62,062 bases of DNA, filler included, from 6 parts of 6 records of this genome joined end to end with filler, not necessarily neighbours in it, one strand, 5' to 3'; positions 28,828 to 38,065 are shown, numbered from the whole stretch's first letter. Numbers and translations: made by a program. Notes: generated by a model not told the origin, from the letters alone.

Positions 28828-30784
28828 CACCGGCTCCCGGGTTTTGCGATCTACGGAACAGTTGGTCCGCCAACCTGGCCTGGGCATGGCGGGAAGCCAC
28901 CAGATACCCATTGAGCTCCTCCTGCTGGGCGACAAGCATGCTGTCTACCTGGCTCAGGAGGATTCGCCGGGCGTTGCTCAATGCAACCGCCACCTCTTGG
29001 CCAAGGGTGGCGAGTTCGCGCTCGCTGGCAGAAATGCGGCGAGCCAGTTCGGCATGGCGGCCATCGTCGGACATCAGGGTTTCAACCCTCTGCCGCTGGG
29101 CCTGGAAGTGCTGCATTTCACGATCCAGCTCCCGCAACTGCTTTTGCGCCGCCCAGCGATTCAAGCCATAGTCATCCGCAATCCACCAGTCGAAGTAGGC
29201 ACGCATCCTCCGGTAAGTCTCACGCTGCCTGGCCGTGGTGGCGTCGTCAGGCAAGCCCGCCAGAGTTTCTTCAACCTCGTTGAGCTTGTCTCTCAGTGCT
29301 TTCTGTTCTGCGGTCATGAAGAATTGAGCGTCTTCTTCAGCCAACGCAGTGGCGATCGTTTCCCTGAATTCCTCATGCAATGTCTGCCACTGGTTCGCCT
29401 GCTGGCTTTCGAGCGCCCGGCGGGTTTCCGCAATCCGCACCTGACGCTGTTGTTCGCGGGTTTCCAGCATGATTCGGAAGGATTCAAACCGGGACTGCCG
29501 CTCGGCGATAAAGGATTGCATTTGGTAGAGCTCGTTCAATTCTGCAAGCGCCTGCTGGAAAGTCTCCGAAGCCAGCACTTCGGCCATGCCGAAATCGGAA
29601 GGCTGGACCCGCAAACGGCCGTAGGAATCCGTGAGAATCCCGTCGCTGTCACGAGTGAAGTCAAGCTGCGCCATCAGACTCTCTTCAGTGAGCCGATTCC
29701 GGATAATGTCCAGCTCCTCAATACGGGCCTGGTAAAGGTCGGCCGCTTGCCTGAAGGCCGGCAATGCTCGCTGTGGTTTGTTCATCTGCTCAAGAACATA
29801 GGCCCGGGCGAACGGAACCTGCTGGCGCCATGGCAAAAACAGATCCCTGCTCGACAGCGTATCGAGCGCATCAAGTGCCCGATCCGGCCTGCCCTGCCCG
29901 GCCGCCGCTATGGCATAGTCGAAAAGGGCCTGGTCAGCGAATACGCCATTCAGCGGCATGTCGCCAAGGATCTCAAGCGCCGCGTCGAACCGGCCATCCC
30001 TGAGGTAAAGCCGGGCAAGTGACAGTCGGGCCCTGTCCAACAGGCCTTCGCGTTCGGCCTCTGGTTCGGCGGAATCGGCAGACTGTTGAATGATGGCGAT
30101 GAGTGTCTGCAGTTCAGCCTCGGCTGTCGCGACGTCTCCCGCGTCCAGAGCGGCGACGGCAGAATTGTATTGCAGGTAAAGGGACCAGATGTCCGTGTCT
30201 TCCAGTTGTTCCTTTAGCGACGTCAGCTTCGATACGTCTTCGATCCTCGAAGACATCATGGCCACTCGTGCTCGCAGATAAACCCACTCCCGAAAGAGGT
30301 CATGGTTGGCCTCAGCGAGTATCTCACCATCCACGCGCTCAAGATTCTCGCCGGCCAGCTCACGATTACCTTCCAGGAAAAACACCTTACCCAGATAGAA
30401 CCAGGCCTGATTGCGAACCTCCGGCGAAAGTGTGCTACCCGCGCCGTCACTACCGAGCAGTTCCGTGAACAATTTGCTGGCCTCACGGGTCATGCCCCAG
30501 GACAACATCAGCCCACCCTCTACCAAAGCCGGGTGATCACCATGTCCTTCGATACCGCCTTGCTCACGGGCAACCGCCAGCTGGGTCAGAGCCTCAAAGA
30601 CATTGCCCTGATGATACTCATACAGAGCCCAACCGTACCGAAGGTCCTTCGCCCGCTCAGGTCCGGGCTCATCGGCCTGGGCCGGAGCAACCATCGTCAG
30701 CCATAACAAAGCGCCGGTAAACAATACCGAACGCGTTCGAAATGGTTTGATCACTGTCAATCCCACGGCGCGGCTTACTCCCAC
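28820..30784 (-). CDS. Exported TPR / coiled-coil protein
   Basis: Signal ending AQA; DLRYGWALYEYHQG, AWFYLGKVFF and further TPR-like helices; start could be a downstream GTG. Confidence 0.75.
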   Translation of the reverse strand: MGVSRAVGLTVIKPFRTRSVLFTGALLWLTMVAPAQADEPGPERAKDLRYGWALYEYHQGNVFEALTQLAVAREQGGIEGHGDHPALVEGGLMLSWGMTREASKLFTELLGSDGAGSTLSPEVRNQAWFYLGKVFFLEGNRELAGENLERVDGEILAEANHDLFREWVYLRARVAMMSSRIEDVSKLTSLKEQLEDTDIWSLYLQYNSAVAALDAGDVATAEAELQTLIAIIQQSADSAEPEAEREGLLDRARLSLARLYLRDGRFDAALEILGDMPLNGVFADQALFDYAIAAAGQGRPDRALDALDTLSSRDLFLPWRQQVPFARAYVLEQMNKPQRALPAFRQAADLYQARIEELDIIRNRLTEESLMAQLDFTRDSDGILTDSYGRLRVQPSDFGMAEVLASETFQQALAELNELYQMQSFIAERQSRFESFRIMLETREQQRQVRIAETRRALESQQANQWQTLHEEFRETIATALAEEDAQFFMTAEQKALRDKLNEVEETLAGLPDDATTARQRETYRRMRAYFDWWIADDYGLNRWAAQKQLRELDREMQHFQAQRQRVETLMSDDGRHAELARRISASERELATLGQEVAVALSNARRILLSQVDSMLVAQQEELNGYLVASRHAQARLADQLFRRSQNPGAGDE

Positions 30785-31326
30785 TCCACGATGGAAACTG
30801 AGGGCTGATAATCGGAAGAGCGATCCTCAACACGGATCTCCAGTGCAGCTGTGCCGGTGCCCTTCTCGAATTCCAGCGACGCTGCCTGTTTGTAAGGCCG
30901 CTGATCCGGCCCGATGCCCTCGACGAACGCCGTCACCTGATGGGCTCCGGTCTTCAGGTTGCCCACGTAAAGCCTCTGCATACCGCCGCGCTCAAGTGCT
31001 TTCGCCTGACGCTCGGTATAGAGGTGAGAGGCAACGATCTCGTCATCAACCTTCAGCTTGACCGCATCCAGCTTCAGAAACTTGCCGGCATCCACGCTGA
31101 GAAACACCGCAACCTGGGTGTTGGCCGGAAACAGCAGGTCCTCCTCAAGGATAAACAGGTCCCGGTTAAGCCGGATAACCTTCTTCTTGAGGGCCTCGAC
31201 CTGCTCGGCGACCGCGGTCTCGTCCTTCTCCTCCCCGGGATTGGACTGGGCGAAGGCAGGGGCTGTCAGGGCGAGGGTCAATGCCGCTAACAGCGCCGGA
31301 AATCGGGAGTTCAAGCAAGTGGCCAT
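30775..31326 (-). CDS. Conserved exported hypothetical protein
   Basis: Signal ending AFA; LNRDLFILEEDLLFP, HLYTERQ..AL.RGG.QRLY.GNL; overlaps the next gene. Confidence 0.75.
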   Translation of the reverse strand: MATCLNSRFPALLAALTLALTAPAFAQSNPGEEKDETAVAEQVEALKKKVIRLNRDLFILEEDLLFPANTQVAVFLSVDAGKFLKLDAVKLKVDDEIVASHLYTERQAKALERGGMQRLYVGNLKTGAHQVTAFVEGIGPDQRPYKQAASLEFEKGTGTAALEIRVEDRSSDYQPSVSIVEWE

Positions 31327-31345
31327 GGTCGTTCTTCCTGCATGC

Positions 31346-32512
31346 TCAGTATTCAAGAATCAATGACGCCCGGGTGACATAGGCATCGAAGGAATAAAGG
31401 GGTTCTTCGCCGGGGAGATAGTTTCCGGCCGCGGTGACATCCCGGAAGTTGTCATAATCAAAATTCAGCCAGTCCACCAACAGACTGAACTGCAGACGAT
31501 CAATGCCCGGAAGCGACGTCTGTTTCCATTCGTACACCGCGCCTACTGCCAGGGTTGTCCCTGAAAGCGAGCTGAGCTCCTTGTCCCGGGCAAGATGGGT
31601 CTGGGAGTTCTTGAACGGGAAAAGATCGCTGTAAAAATCCGCCTCGTTCTGGGTGTAATAGCGGACGGAACCTTCAAGGGTCCAGTGCTGGGTCAACCCG
31701 TGCACGTAACCCAGTTCCATGGTATGGGCGTTAATGCCCCAGGTATCTGAAAAATAGCGGTATTCACCGCGTATTGAGGCGCGATACGGCAGATAGTAAA
31801 GCGCTCTCACGGCCACGGAGGTACTGGTTCGGGTTTCCGGATACTGTTCCGGTTGAGTCAGGAACTCCGCTGGATTATCGGGATTAATGTAGCGGTTCAC
31901 ACGATACGGGTTTTGCAGATAACCCTCGTCTGTGACCAATTCGAGGTCCAGGCCTACCAGACTGTTACGGGTAACGACCTGGCTAAGGCCCAGCTGGTAG
32001 TTACGACGATCGGCTTCCTCGCTGAAGGAATCATTACCAACCCGACCCACTTCGTCCCAGCCACTGGCATAGCCCATGGTCACCGTGGACATGCCTCCGA
32101 AGAATTCCTGGCTCACCGAAAAATAGAGGGTATTGGCTTCGTAATCATTTTCCGTACTGTTGGTATAACCCAGACTCAGAATGGCCTTGTCGTACAGGTA
32201 ATCCACACCCACGGTGTATTCTGTGCGCTCCTCCTCGTAGGCACTGGCTGTCGCCAATACATCCACCGAGGCAGCAGACACAGAATCCACGTAATACTGA
32301 CCGGAAAATGAGACCTGGGGGCCAATGCCTTTGCGGACCAGCACCGATGGGCCATCAATCACCATGCCGCCACCATCGTAACGATGATAGAGCACGTCTA
32401 CTTTATCCACGGGTAAGGTCGCCGCTGTGGCGGACTGAACCGTGAGTAACGCCATCAGGGCCATCAGACTGAGTGCAGCAACCCTAAATCTGTCAGTTAC
32501 AGCCACAGCCAC
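31346..32512 (-). CDS. DUF3570 domain protein (probable outer-membrane beta-barrel)
   Basis: YYVDSVSAASVDV, STENDY, GYLQNPYR, YRYFSDTWGINAHT, RYYTQ..ADFY; GTG start overlapping the DUF4266 stop. Confidence 0.85.
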   Translation of the reverse strand: MAVAVTDRFRVAALSLMALMALLTVQSATAATLPVDKVDVLYHRYDGGGMVIDGPSVLVRKGIGPQVSFSGQYYVDSVSAASVDVLATASAYEEERTEYTVGVDYLYDKAILSLGYTNSTENDYEANTLYFSVSQEFFGGMSTVTMGYASGWDEVGRVGNDSFSEEADRRNYQLGLSQVVTRNSLVGLDLELVTDEGYLQNPYRVNRYINPDNPAEFLTQPEQYPETRTSTSVAVRALYYLPYRASIRGEYRYFSDTWGINAHTMELGYVHGLTQHWTLEGSVRYYTQNEADFYSDLFPFKNSQTHLARDKELSSLSGTTLAVGAVYEWKQTSLPGIDRLQFSLLVDWLNFDYDNFRDVTAAGNYLPGEEPLYSFDAYVTRASLILEY

Positions 32513-32729
32513 CCCCTGAACCGCCTTCAGCGCCGCGAGCGGATTCTCTGGCCTGATAGACGTGATGCATGTAGGCGTCAGCCGTGCCATGCCTGCTCAG
32601 ACTCATGACCGGATCCGCCAGATTGTCACGCTCGTAGGGTTTCACCCAGGGTTTTACCGAGCTGCAGCCGGTCGCCATCAGCAGCAGTGCAACAAGAGAC
32701 AGGGACGACAGGATCGACAAAATTCGCAT
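32493..32729 (-). CDS. DUF4266 domain lipoprotein
   Basis: Lipobox ATGC; VKPYERDNLADPVM, RESARG, C-terminal GGGCGCN. Confidence 0.9.
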   Translation of the reverse strand: MRILSILSSLSLVALLLMATGCSSVKPWVKPYERDNLADPVMSLSRHGTADAYMHHVYQARESARGAEGGSGGGCGCN

Positions 32730-32748
32730 AGCGGGCACCGTCCAGAAG

Positions 32749-33252
32749 TTACTCGCGCACCAGTTCGCGAATCTGTTGCTCGTATTCATCCTCGTAACCT
32801 GGCTGGTAGCCGTAGTGCAGATATCGGGCATTGCCGTTCCGGTCAATCATCACCGTCGTTGGCATGGCCTGAACCTCATACAGCTCACTGACCGAGCTCT
32901 CCGGATCGTAAAGAATCGGATAGTTGACCGGCACCTTGTCGAGGAAACGGAGGGCTTCGTCCCGGTTCTCATCCACGTTCACTGCCAGAATGGTGAAACC
33001 GAGATCCTTGTACTGGCTGTAAAGCTCGTCCATCAGGGGCATTTCCTGACGGCAGGGCCCACACCAGGAAGCCCAGAAGTTGAGCATAACGACCTCGCCC
33101 CGATGATCCTCCAGCCGCAGGTTCTCCCCGGAGCGGCTTTCCAGGGTAAAGTCTGGCGCCGGTACGTTAATGGCCTCAGCCGCGGCCAAGGGGCTCGCGC
33201 AGGCCAGTACACCCGCCAATGCCAGTCTTGCTATGGATGCTCTCACAGCCAT
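32749..33252 (-). CDS. TlpA-family thiol-disulfide oxidoreductase
   Basis: APDFTL, LNFWASWCGPCRQEMP, MPTT; signal peptide. Confidence 0.92.
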   Translation of the reverse strand: MAVRASIARLALAGVLACASPLAAAEAINVPAPDFTLESRSGENLRLEDHRGEVVMLNFWASWCGPCRQEMPLMDELYSQYKDLGFTILAVNVDENRDEALRFLDKVPVNYPILYDPESSVSELYEVQAMPTTVMIDRNGNARYLHYGYQPGYEDEYEQQIRELVRE

Positions 33253-33264
33253 TCCTCCTTAATT

Positions 33265-33909
33265 TCAGAAAAACACAGACAACCCGGTACTGACCTCGGT
33301 ATTGACGGAGGTCTTCTCTTCCCCAAGCACATCAATGTCGTAAAAGTGTTGCCGTACCCCCAAATGCACCGACACGCTGTCGGTCAATAGAACCTGATAG
33401 CCGGCACCCGCATTCAGGGTGAAACGGGTATCGCCGGCAAACTCCGTGGCCCCTGCCCCGGCAATCAGATAGAAGTTGGTGTTGAAGGCGTAATTCTCTG
33501 TGAGGAACGCCTCACCCGGCAGCACGTTGTACCCCAGGTTGATGTTGTAGTAGCTATAGTCCCGTTCACTGTCGGTCAGCACCTCCACATCTCCGGCCAG
33601 CTTCTCGAAACTGGTCTCGCCGCCTTCCGCAAAGCCCACACCTGCTTCGAAAAAGAACGATTCGCTCAGGTGGTATGTCAGCTTGCCGCCGTACAACAGG
33701 GACGATTCAAAATCCTCAATGTTCAGCACACCCACAAATGCCCCGATCTCGAAGTTCTCGGTATCGATCAGGGCTTCGGTAACCGGCACCGGCGTCACAT
33801 CGGGCTCGATCAGCGGGCGGTCTTCCTGCGCCTGTCCTGCCGCAGCGGTGCAAAGGCCTGCCGCAAGGCACAGCGGTTTCAGAAAAAGATGCTTAGTCCG
33901 ATTTTCCAT
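33265..33909 (-). CDS. Outer-membrane beta-barrel protein
   Basis: Signal peptide, alternating amphipathic strands, C-terminal GLSVFF. Confidence 0.8.
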   Translation of the reverse strand: MENRTKHLFLKPLCLAAGLCTAAAGQAQEDRPLIEPDVTPVPVTEALIDTENFEIGAFVGVLNIEDFESSLLYGGKLTYHLSESFFFEAGVGFAEGGETSFEKLAGDVEVLTDSERDYSYYNINLGYNVLPGEAFLTENYAFNTNFYLIAGAGATEFAGDTRFTLNAGAGYQVLLTDSVSVHLGVRQHFYDIDVLGEEKTSVNTEVSTGLSVFF

Positions 33910-34383
33910 TCTGTCGCTTCTTCGTTGGTGGACCGGGTCGTGAAGACTTTGTAGTCCTTCACCTCGGCACGGATGAAATATCGATCGGTGATGTAGGCCC
34001 TGATTCCAAGGCCAGCATGGCCGATGCTGTTATCACGTTCCTCCGGCTGGGCGAGAGACGCTTTCGGCTCAACCCAGATGTGGCCAATCCCCAGGGTGAA
34101 AAAAGGCGATATCCGCCAGTCCGGAAATGGCTGATGCACCAGATTGCCATTAACCATCCGAATCTCGGAGGCACTGCCAAGAATCTGAGACCCCCACAGC
34201 TCTGCAGACAGATTCCGGGTCAGCCAAAGACCTCCATAGCCAGCCATCACGGCAGCACCGTCAAACTCGCCCATCATCAAACCGGCTTCTGCCCGTCGCT
34301 TCCCGAACGAATCCAGGTCAGGAACCTGGAGGCTCACGGTCTCTCCCGTGACATCCACGGTTTGAGCCAGGTCCGCCACCGAC
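33879..34383 (-). CDS. Outer-membrane beta-barrel protein, C-terminal part (5' truncated)
   Basis: ISPFFTLGIG, AGLGIRAYITDRYFIRAE, C-terminal GLSIFF. Confidence 0.75.
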
Positions 34384-34483
34384 NNNNNNNNNNNNNNNNN
34401 NNNNNNNNNNNNNNNNNNNNNNNNNNNTTAATTAATTAANNNNNNNNNNNNNNNNNNNNNNNNNNNNNNNNNNNNNNNNNNNN
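34384..34483. other. Artificial contig linker
   Basis: N-run + TTAATTAATTAA + N-run. Confidence 0.99.
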
Positions 34484-35178
34484 GGCGGGATTTCGCATCG
34501 CTTTTTGTGTCCACCGATGACGGCGGCGATCTGCACCAGCGCCTGCTCGAGTGGACCGAAGACGGCCGCTATGGCTGGATCTTCGGGCAGAGCCTCGAGG
34601 ACACATTCTCGCTCAAGGGCGATGTCGTGGGCTTCGATCTGACCGGCATTCTCGACAGCGAGGCCGACAAGGAGCGGATGGCGGTTCTCTCCTATCTTTT
34701 CCGCCGGGTCGAACGCGAGATCGAGGATCGCCGCCCCACCATCATCGTGATCGACGAGGCCTGGAAGGCCCTCGATAACGCGTATTTCGCCGAGCGGCTG
34801 TCGAACTGGCTGGTGACCGCGCGCAAGCAGAACACCGTCGCGGTGATGATGACGCAATACGCGAGCCAGCTCGAGCGCACCCGGACCGGTAAGACCATCA
34901 TCGAGGCGGTGCCGACGCAGATCCTGCTGCCCAATATCCGCGCGCAGCCTGCGGATTACGCCATGCTGAACCTCACGGAGAAAGAGCTCGACGTCCTTCT
35001 CAACACGGGCAGCAACAGCCGCCTCGCACTGATCCGCGACGATCAGGGCTCAATCGTCGTCGATGCCGATCTGAGCGCCCTTGGACCCAATCTCACCATC
35101 CTCGGCGGCATGGAGAAAGGCGAGGCGCTCGTTGGCGCCGATTACCGCGACCGCCCGGACTTCTGGAGGCTTTCATGA
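34484..35178 (+). CDS. virB4: T4SS ATPase VirB4, C-terminal part
   Basis: VGFDLT, YLFRRVE, Walker B IIVIDEAWKAL, TARKQN, TQILLPN. Confidence 0.9.
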
Positions 35179-35342
35179 TTCGTACCCTGTTTCTTCTCAC
35201 CGCGCTCGGCGCTTTGGCCTCCTGCGCCCAGTACCAGGAACCGCAGGCGAACTGCTTCACATTCCTCGCGTCCACGGCACCTGTCGCGCCTGATTGCACC
35301 TTTACGCCTCTAGATGCGCCGGAGGGCGACATTGAAGTCTAG
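35175..35342 (+). CDS. 55-aa lipoprotein missing from the ORF track (VirB7-like or entry-exclusion candidate)
   Basis: MIRTLFLLTALGALASCAQYQEPQANCF...DCTF...EV*; lipobox LASC; ATGA overlap with virB4; GGAGG RBS. Confidence 0.75.
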   Translation: MIRTLFLLTALGALASCAQYQEPQANCFTFLASTAPVAPDCTFTPLDAPEGDIEV

Positions 35343-36486
35343 CCTGCCTCATATCCTCGCATTTTGCTTGCTGCCCGGTCTCGGCTTCGCCCAAGGCGTG
35401 CCGACCAATGACAGTGGGCTGACCGCGCGTGACATCGTCGAGACCGGCGATCGCGAGGCCGATCTTGCGATTCAGGCGGACAAGTTTTCCGTGCGCGAAC
35501 TCATCTCCGAGATCGAGCGCGAACAGCTGGAAGCCCTGCAGCGCATCCTCGATGCCCAGACCAGCTTCGGGGGACAAGGCCTGCCCGCGATGGTTTCGGG
35601 CCTCGAAAGCGGCAGCGGCGATGCGGACCGCTCCGTGGAAGCCGTCTACGGTACGGCAAATATCGATCCCAATCCCGGCGGCGCACAGATGTTCGGAGAC
35701 GCCGCGGAAAACATAGAACAACTCATCATCCGCGTCGCACAGGAAACCAGCGGCTTTGCGGGTGTGGGCCGCGCAGGCCTCTCACCCGTCCAATGGCGCG
35801 CGCTGATGCAAGCCCTCATCTGGCAAGAAAGCCGCTTCACCATCGGCGCGCGGTCCCCGGTTGGCGCCTTCGGCCTCACCCAGATCATGTCGGGCACCGC
35901 CAGCGATCTCGGCATCAACCCGGAATACTACGACAGCCCCTATCTGCAGGTACATGGCGGCGCGCGGTATCTCGCGACGCAACTGAACACCTTCGATGGC
36001 AATATCATCAACGCGCTCGCCGCCTATAACGCCGGACCCGGCAGGGTGTTCGAGTATGGCGGCGTCCCACCCTTTGCCGAGACCCAGCACTACGTTCAGG
36101 TGATCCCAGAACGCTACAATCTCTATCTCAGCCGGATCGGCGGGATTGAAGCTTTGGGCACGATCGATCCCGCACTCTTGGCCAATGCAAACCTCTCGAT
36201 CACTGGGCATGGGGCCGCCTTCTACGGCAACAACTCGCCCCAAGCGATCCGTCAGGCCGCCCTGCGCATCCGCGATATCGTCGAGCGGATTTCCGAGACG
36301 GAAGATTTGCAGGAGAGCATGGCGCTCAACACCTATGCCCGCGCCGAACTGGTGCGCCTCGTCGCCGCCCGCATCCGGCTGCAAGCGGCACGGACCCGTG
36401 TGCTGAGCGCCGAAGAATTGGCGCAGGCCAGCGCCCGCATGGCCGAAGGCGCGTTCATGGATTTTACGATCAGGGAGATTGAATAA
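35332..36486 (+). CDS. Lytic transglycosylase (SLT) domain embedded in a VirB5-like scaffold
   Basis: SLT motifs WQESRF, GLTQIM, AAYNAG; both termini align with the adjacent VirB5; TTG start after GGAGGG. Confidence 0.85.
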   Translation: MKSSLPHILAFCLLPGLGFAQGVPTNDSGLTARDIVETGDREADLAIQADKFSVRELISEIEREQLEALQRILDAQTSFGGQGLPAMVSGLESGSGDADRSVEAVYGTANIDPNPGGAQMFGDAAENIEQLIIRVAQETSGFAGVGRAGLSPVQWRALMQALIWQESRFTIGARSPVGAFGLTQIMSGTASDLGINPEYYDSPYLQVHGGARYLATQLNTFDGNIINALAAYNAGPGRVFEYGGVPPFAETQHYVQVIPERYNLYLSRIGGIEALGTIDPALLANANLSITGHGAAFYGNNSPQAIRQAALRIRDIVERISETEDLQESMALNTYARAELVRLVAARIRLQAARTRVLSAEELAQASARMAEGAFMDFTIREIE

Positions 36487-37295
36487 TGGGACATCTGCTC
36501 TTGAGGACAGCTTTGGCCACGACACTTGGCGTTGGCTTGCAGTTCAGCGCCCTACCCCCTGCCGCAGCACAAGGTGTACCGGTCGTCGACACCCAGAACA
36601 TCGCGCAAAACATCCAGCAACTGCGGCAGATGATCGAAGACGAGATCCTGCAGAACGAGCAGCTGACGCAGCTCCGCGAACAGCTTGCCACACTCACGGA
36701 CCAACTCGCGGAGCTGCAAAGAACCTACGAAGCCCTGACCCGCCTTGCCGAGCTTCCTGAGATCATCCGCACGGAAATGGAAGACGAGTTGAACGGCCTG
36801 CTCGACCAAGAGTTCGGCGACATCCTCGCCACGATTGAGGCGATCAAGACTGGGGATTTCTCGGGCCTCTCGGGCTCCGGCGCAGGCGAGATCGAAACCC
36901 AGATGGACCGCGTTCTGGCCGACCTCGGCTTTGACGAGGACACCCTCTCGGAAATGGCCACGAGCGGAAATCCCGGAGCCAACCGCGTGGCGACGCAGGC
37001 AACAACCGGCGCGCTCGTCTCAGCCGCCGCCCAGAACAGCTATGAAGATGCCGGCCAATCGCTCGAGCGGGTCGACCGCCTTGTGGGGCTTATCGACGAC
37101 ATGGACGAACTCAAGGAAAGCATCGATCTCAACACGCGCGTGACCGCGGAGCTCGCCATTGCGCTGGTCGCCATGTGGCAGCTCGAAGCCATCCAGACCG
37201 TGGGCGATGGCACGGGAGGCGTGATCGATGCCGCCACCATCGCCGAAGAGCAGCGCTTCATGGATTTCACCTTGCCGGACCTGCGGGCTGATTAA
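36486..37295 (+). CDS. virB5: T4SS minor pilin VirB5
   Basis: Signal + QGVPVVD, Gln-rich helix QLAELQRTYEALT, C-terminal LKESIDLNTRVTAE. Confidence 0.85.
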   Translation: MGHLLLRTALATTLGVGLQFSALPPAAAQGVPVVDTQNIAQNIQQLRQMIEDEILQNEQLTQLREQLATLTDQLAELQRTYEALTRLAELPEIIRTEMEDELNGLLDQEFGDILATIEAIKTGDFSGLSGSGAGEIETQMDRVLADLGFDEDTLSEMATSGNPGANRVATQATTGALVSAAAQNSYEDAGQSLERVDRLVGLIDDMDELKESIDLNTRVTAELAIALVAMWQLEAIQTVGDGTGGVIDAATIAEEQRFMDFTLPDLRAD

Positions 37296-37392
37296 GGCGT
37301 TTCGAAATTGATCCCCAAAAACAAATATCGGTTTTCGCGTTCGAGCGCAGCGAGAGGCAGCGAAGAACCGATTCAACTCATTTCGAAACGCC
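37296..37392. repeat. 97-bp palindromic (MITE-like) element
   Basis: 13-bp terminal inverted repeats GGCGTTTCGAAAT / ATTTCGAAACGCC, with internal ATCGGTT/AACCGAT and TTCGC/GCGAA pairing. Confidence 0.6.
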
Positions 37393-37406
37393 GAGCGGGG
37401 GCATGA

Positions 37407-38063
37407 ATGGTGGCGACTGAACAAGAAATCATCGAGGAAGAACTGGTCTACGGTGCCCTGCGCCGCGAACGGCTCTGGCAACGCCTTGGCCTGATGGGCC
37501 TTGTCTTCGGTATCATCGGCTGTCTGAGTGCCGCGGCTGTCTCGATCCTCGATGTCGACCCGCCCCCCGTCGTTGTCCCCTATGATCCCGCCACCGGCTT
37601 TGCACTCCCCGAAGCCTCGGTGGACGCCTCCTCGGTGACCGCCAACCAAGCGATCATCGAGGCGGAGGTGTTCCGCTACGTGACCGACCGCGAGGTCTAC
37701 AACCAGCTCGACAACGATCTGCGCATCCGCAGCGTCCTGCGCCGCTCGGACGGGGCCGCCGAGAGCGGGCTGCGCCAGATCTGGAACAGCGCAAATGAGA
37801 ACTATCCACCGACCGTCTATGGCCCCAATGCTAGGCTCGACGTGGAAATCCTCAGCATCAACCGGATCGGAACCAACCGCGCGACGGTCCGCCTGCGCAA
37901 GCGTCTGACCTCCATCAACGGCACCCAGACCGGCCTCTTCACTGCGACGCTTCTCTTCGAGTTCCGCCCGGAGACCCGCCGCTCCATCGATGAGGTCTGG
38001 ACCAATCCATTCGGCTTCACCGTCCTCGAATATTCCATCCGCTCCGACAGATTGGAGAACTGA
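37407..38063 (+). CDS. virB8: T4SS VirB8
   Basis: Single TM, RYVTDREVY, C-terminal NPFGFTVLEY. Confidence 0.9.
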   Translation: MVATEQEIIEEELVYGALRRERLWQRLGLMGLVFGIIGCLSAAAVSILDVDPPPVVVPYDPATGFALPEASVDASSVTANQAIIEAEVFRYVTDREVYNQLDNDLRIRSVLRRSDGAAESGLRQIWNSANENYPPTVYGPNARLDVEILSINRIGTNRATVRLRKRLTSINGTQTGLFTATLLFEFRPETRRSIDEVWTNPFGFTVLEYSIRSDRLEN

Positions 38064-38065
38064 CG

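Noticed and set aside
28766-30022. 418-aa plus-strand ORF
   Set aside because: It is antisense to the TPR gene within a uniformly minus-strand operon.
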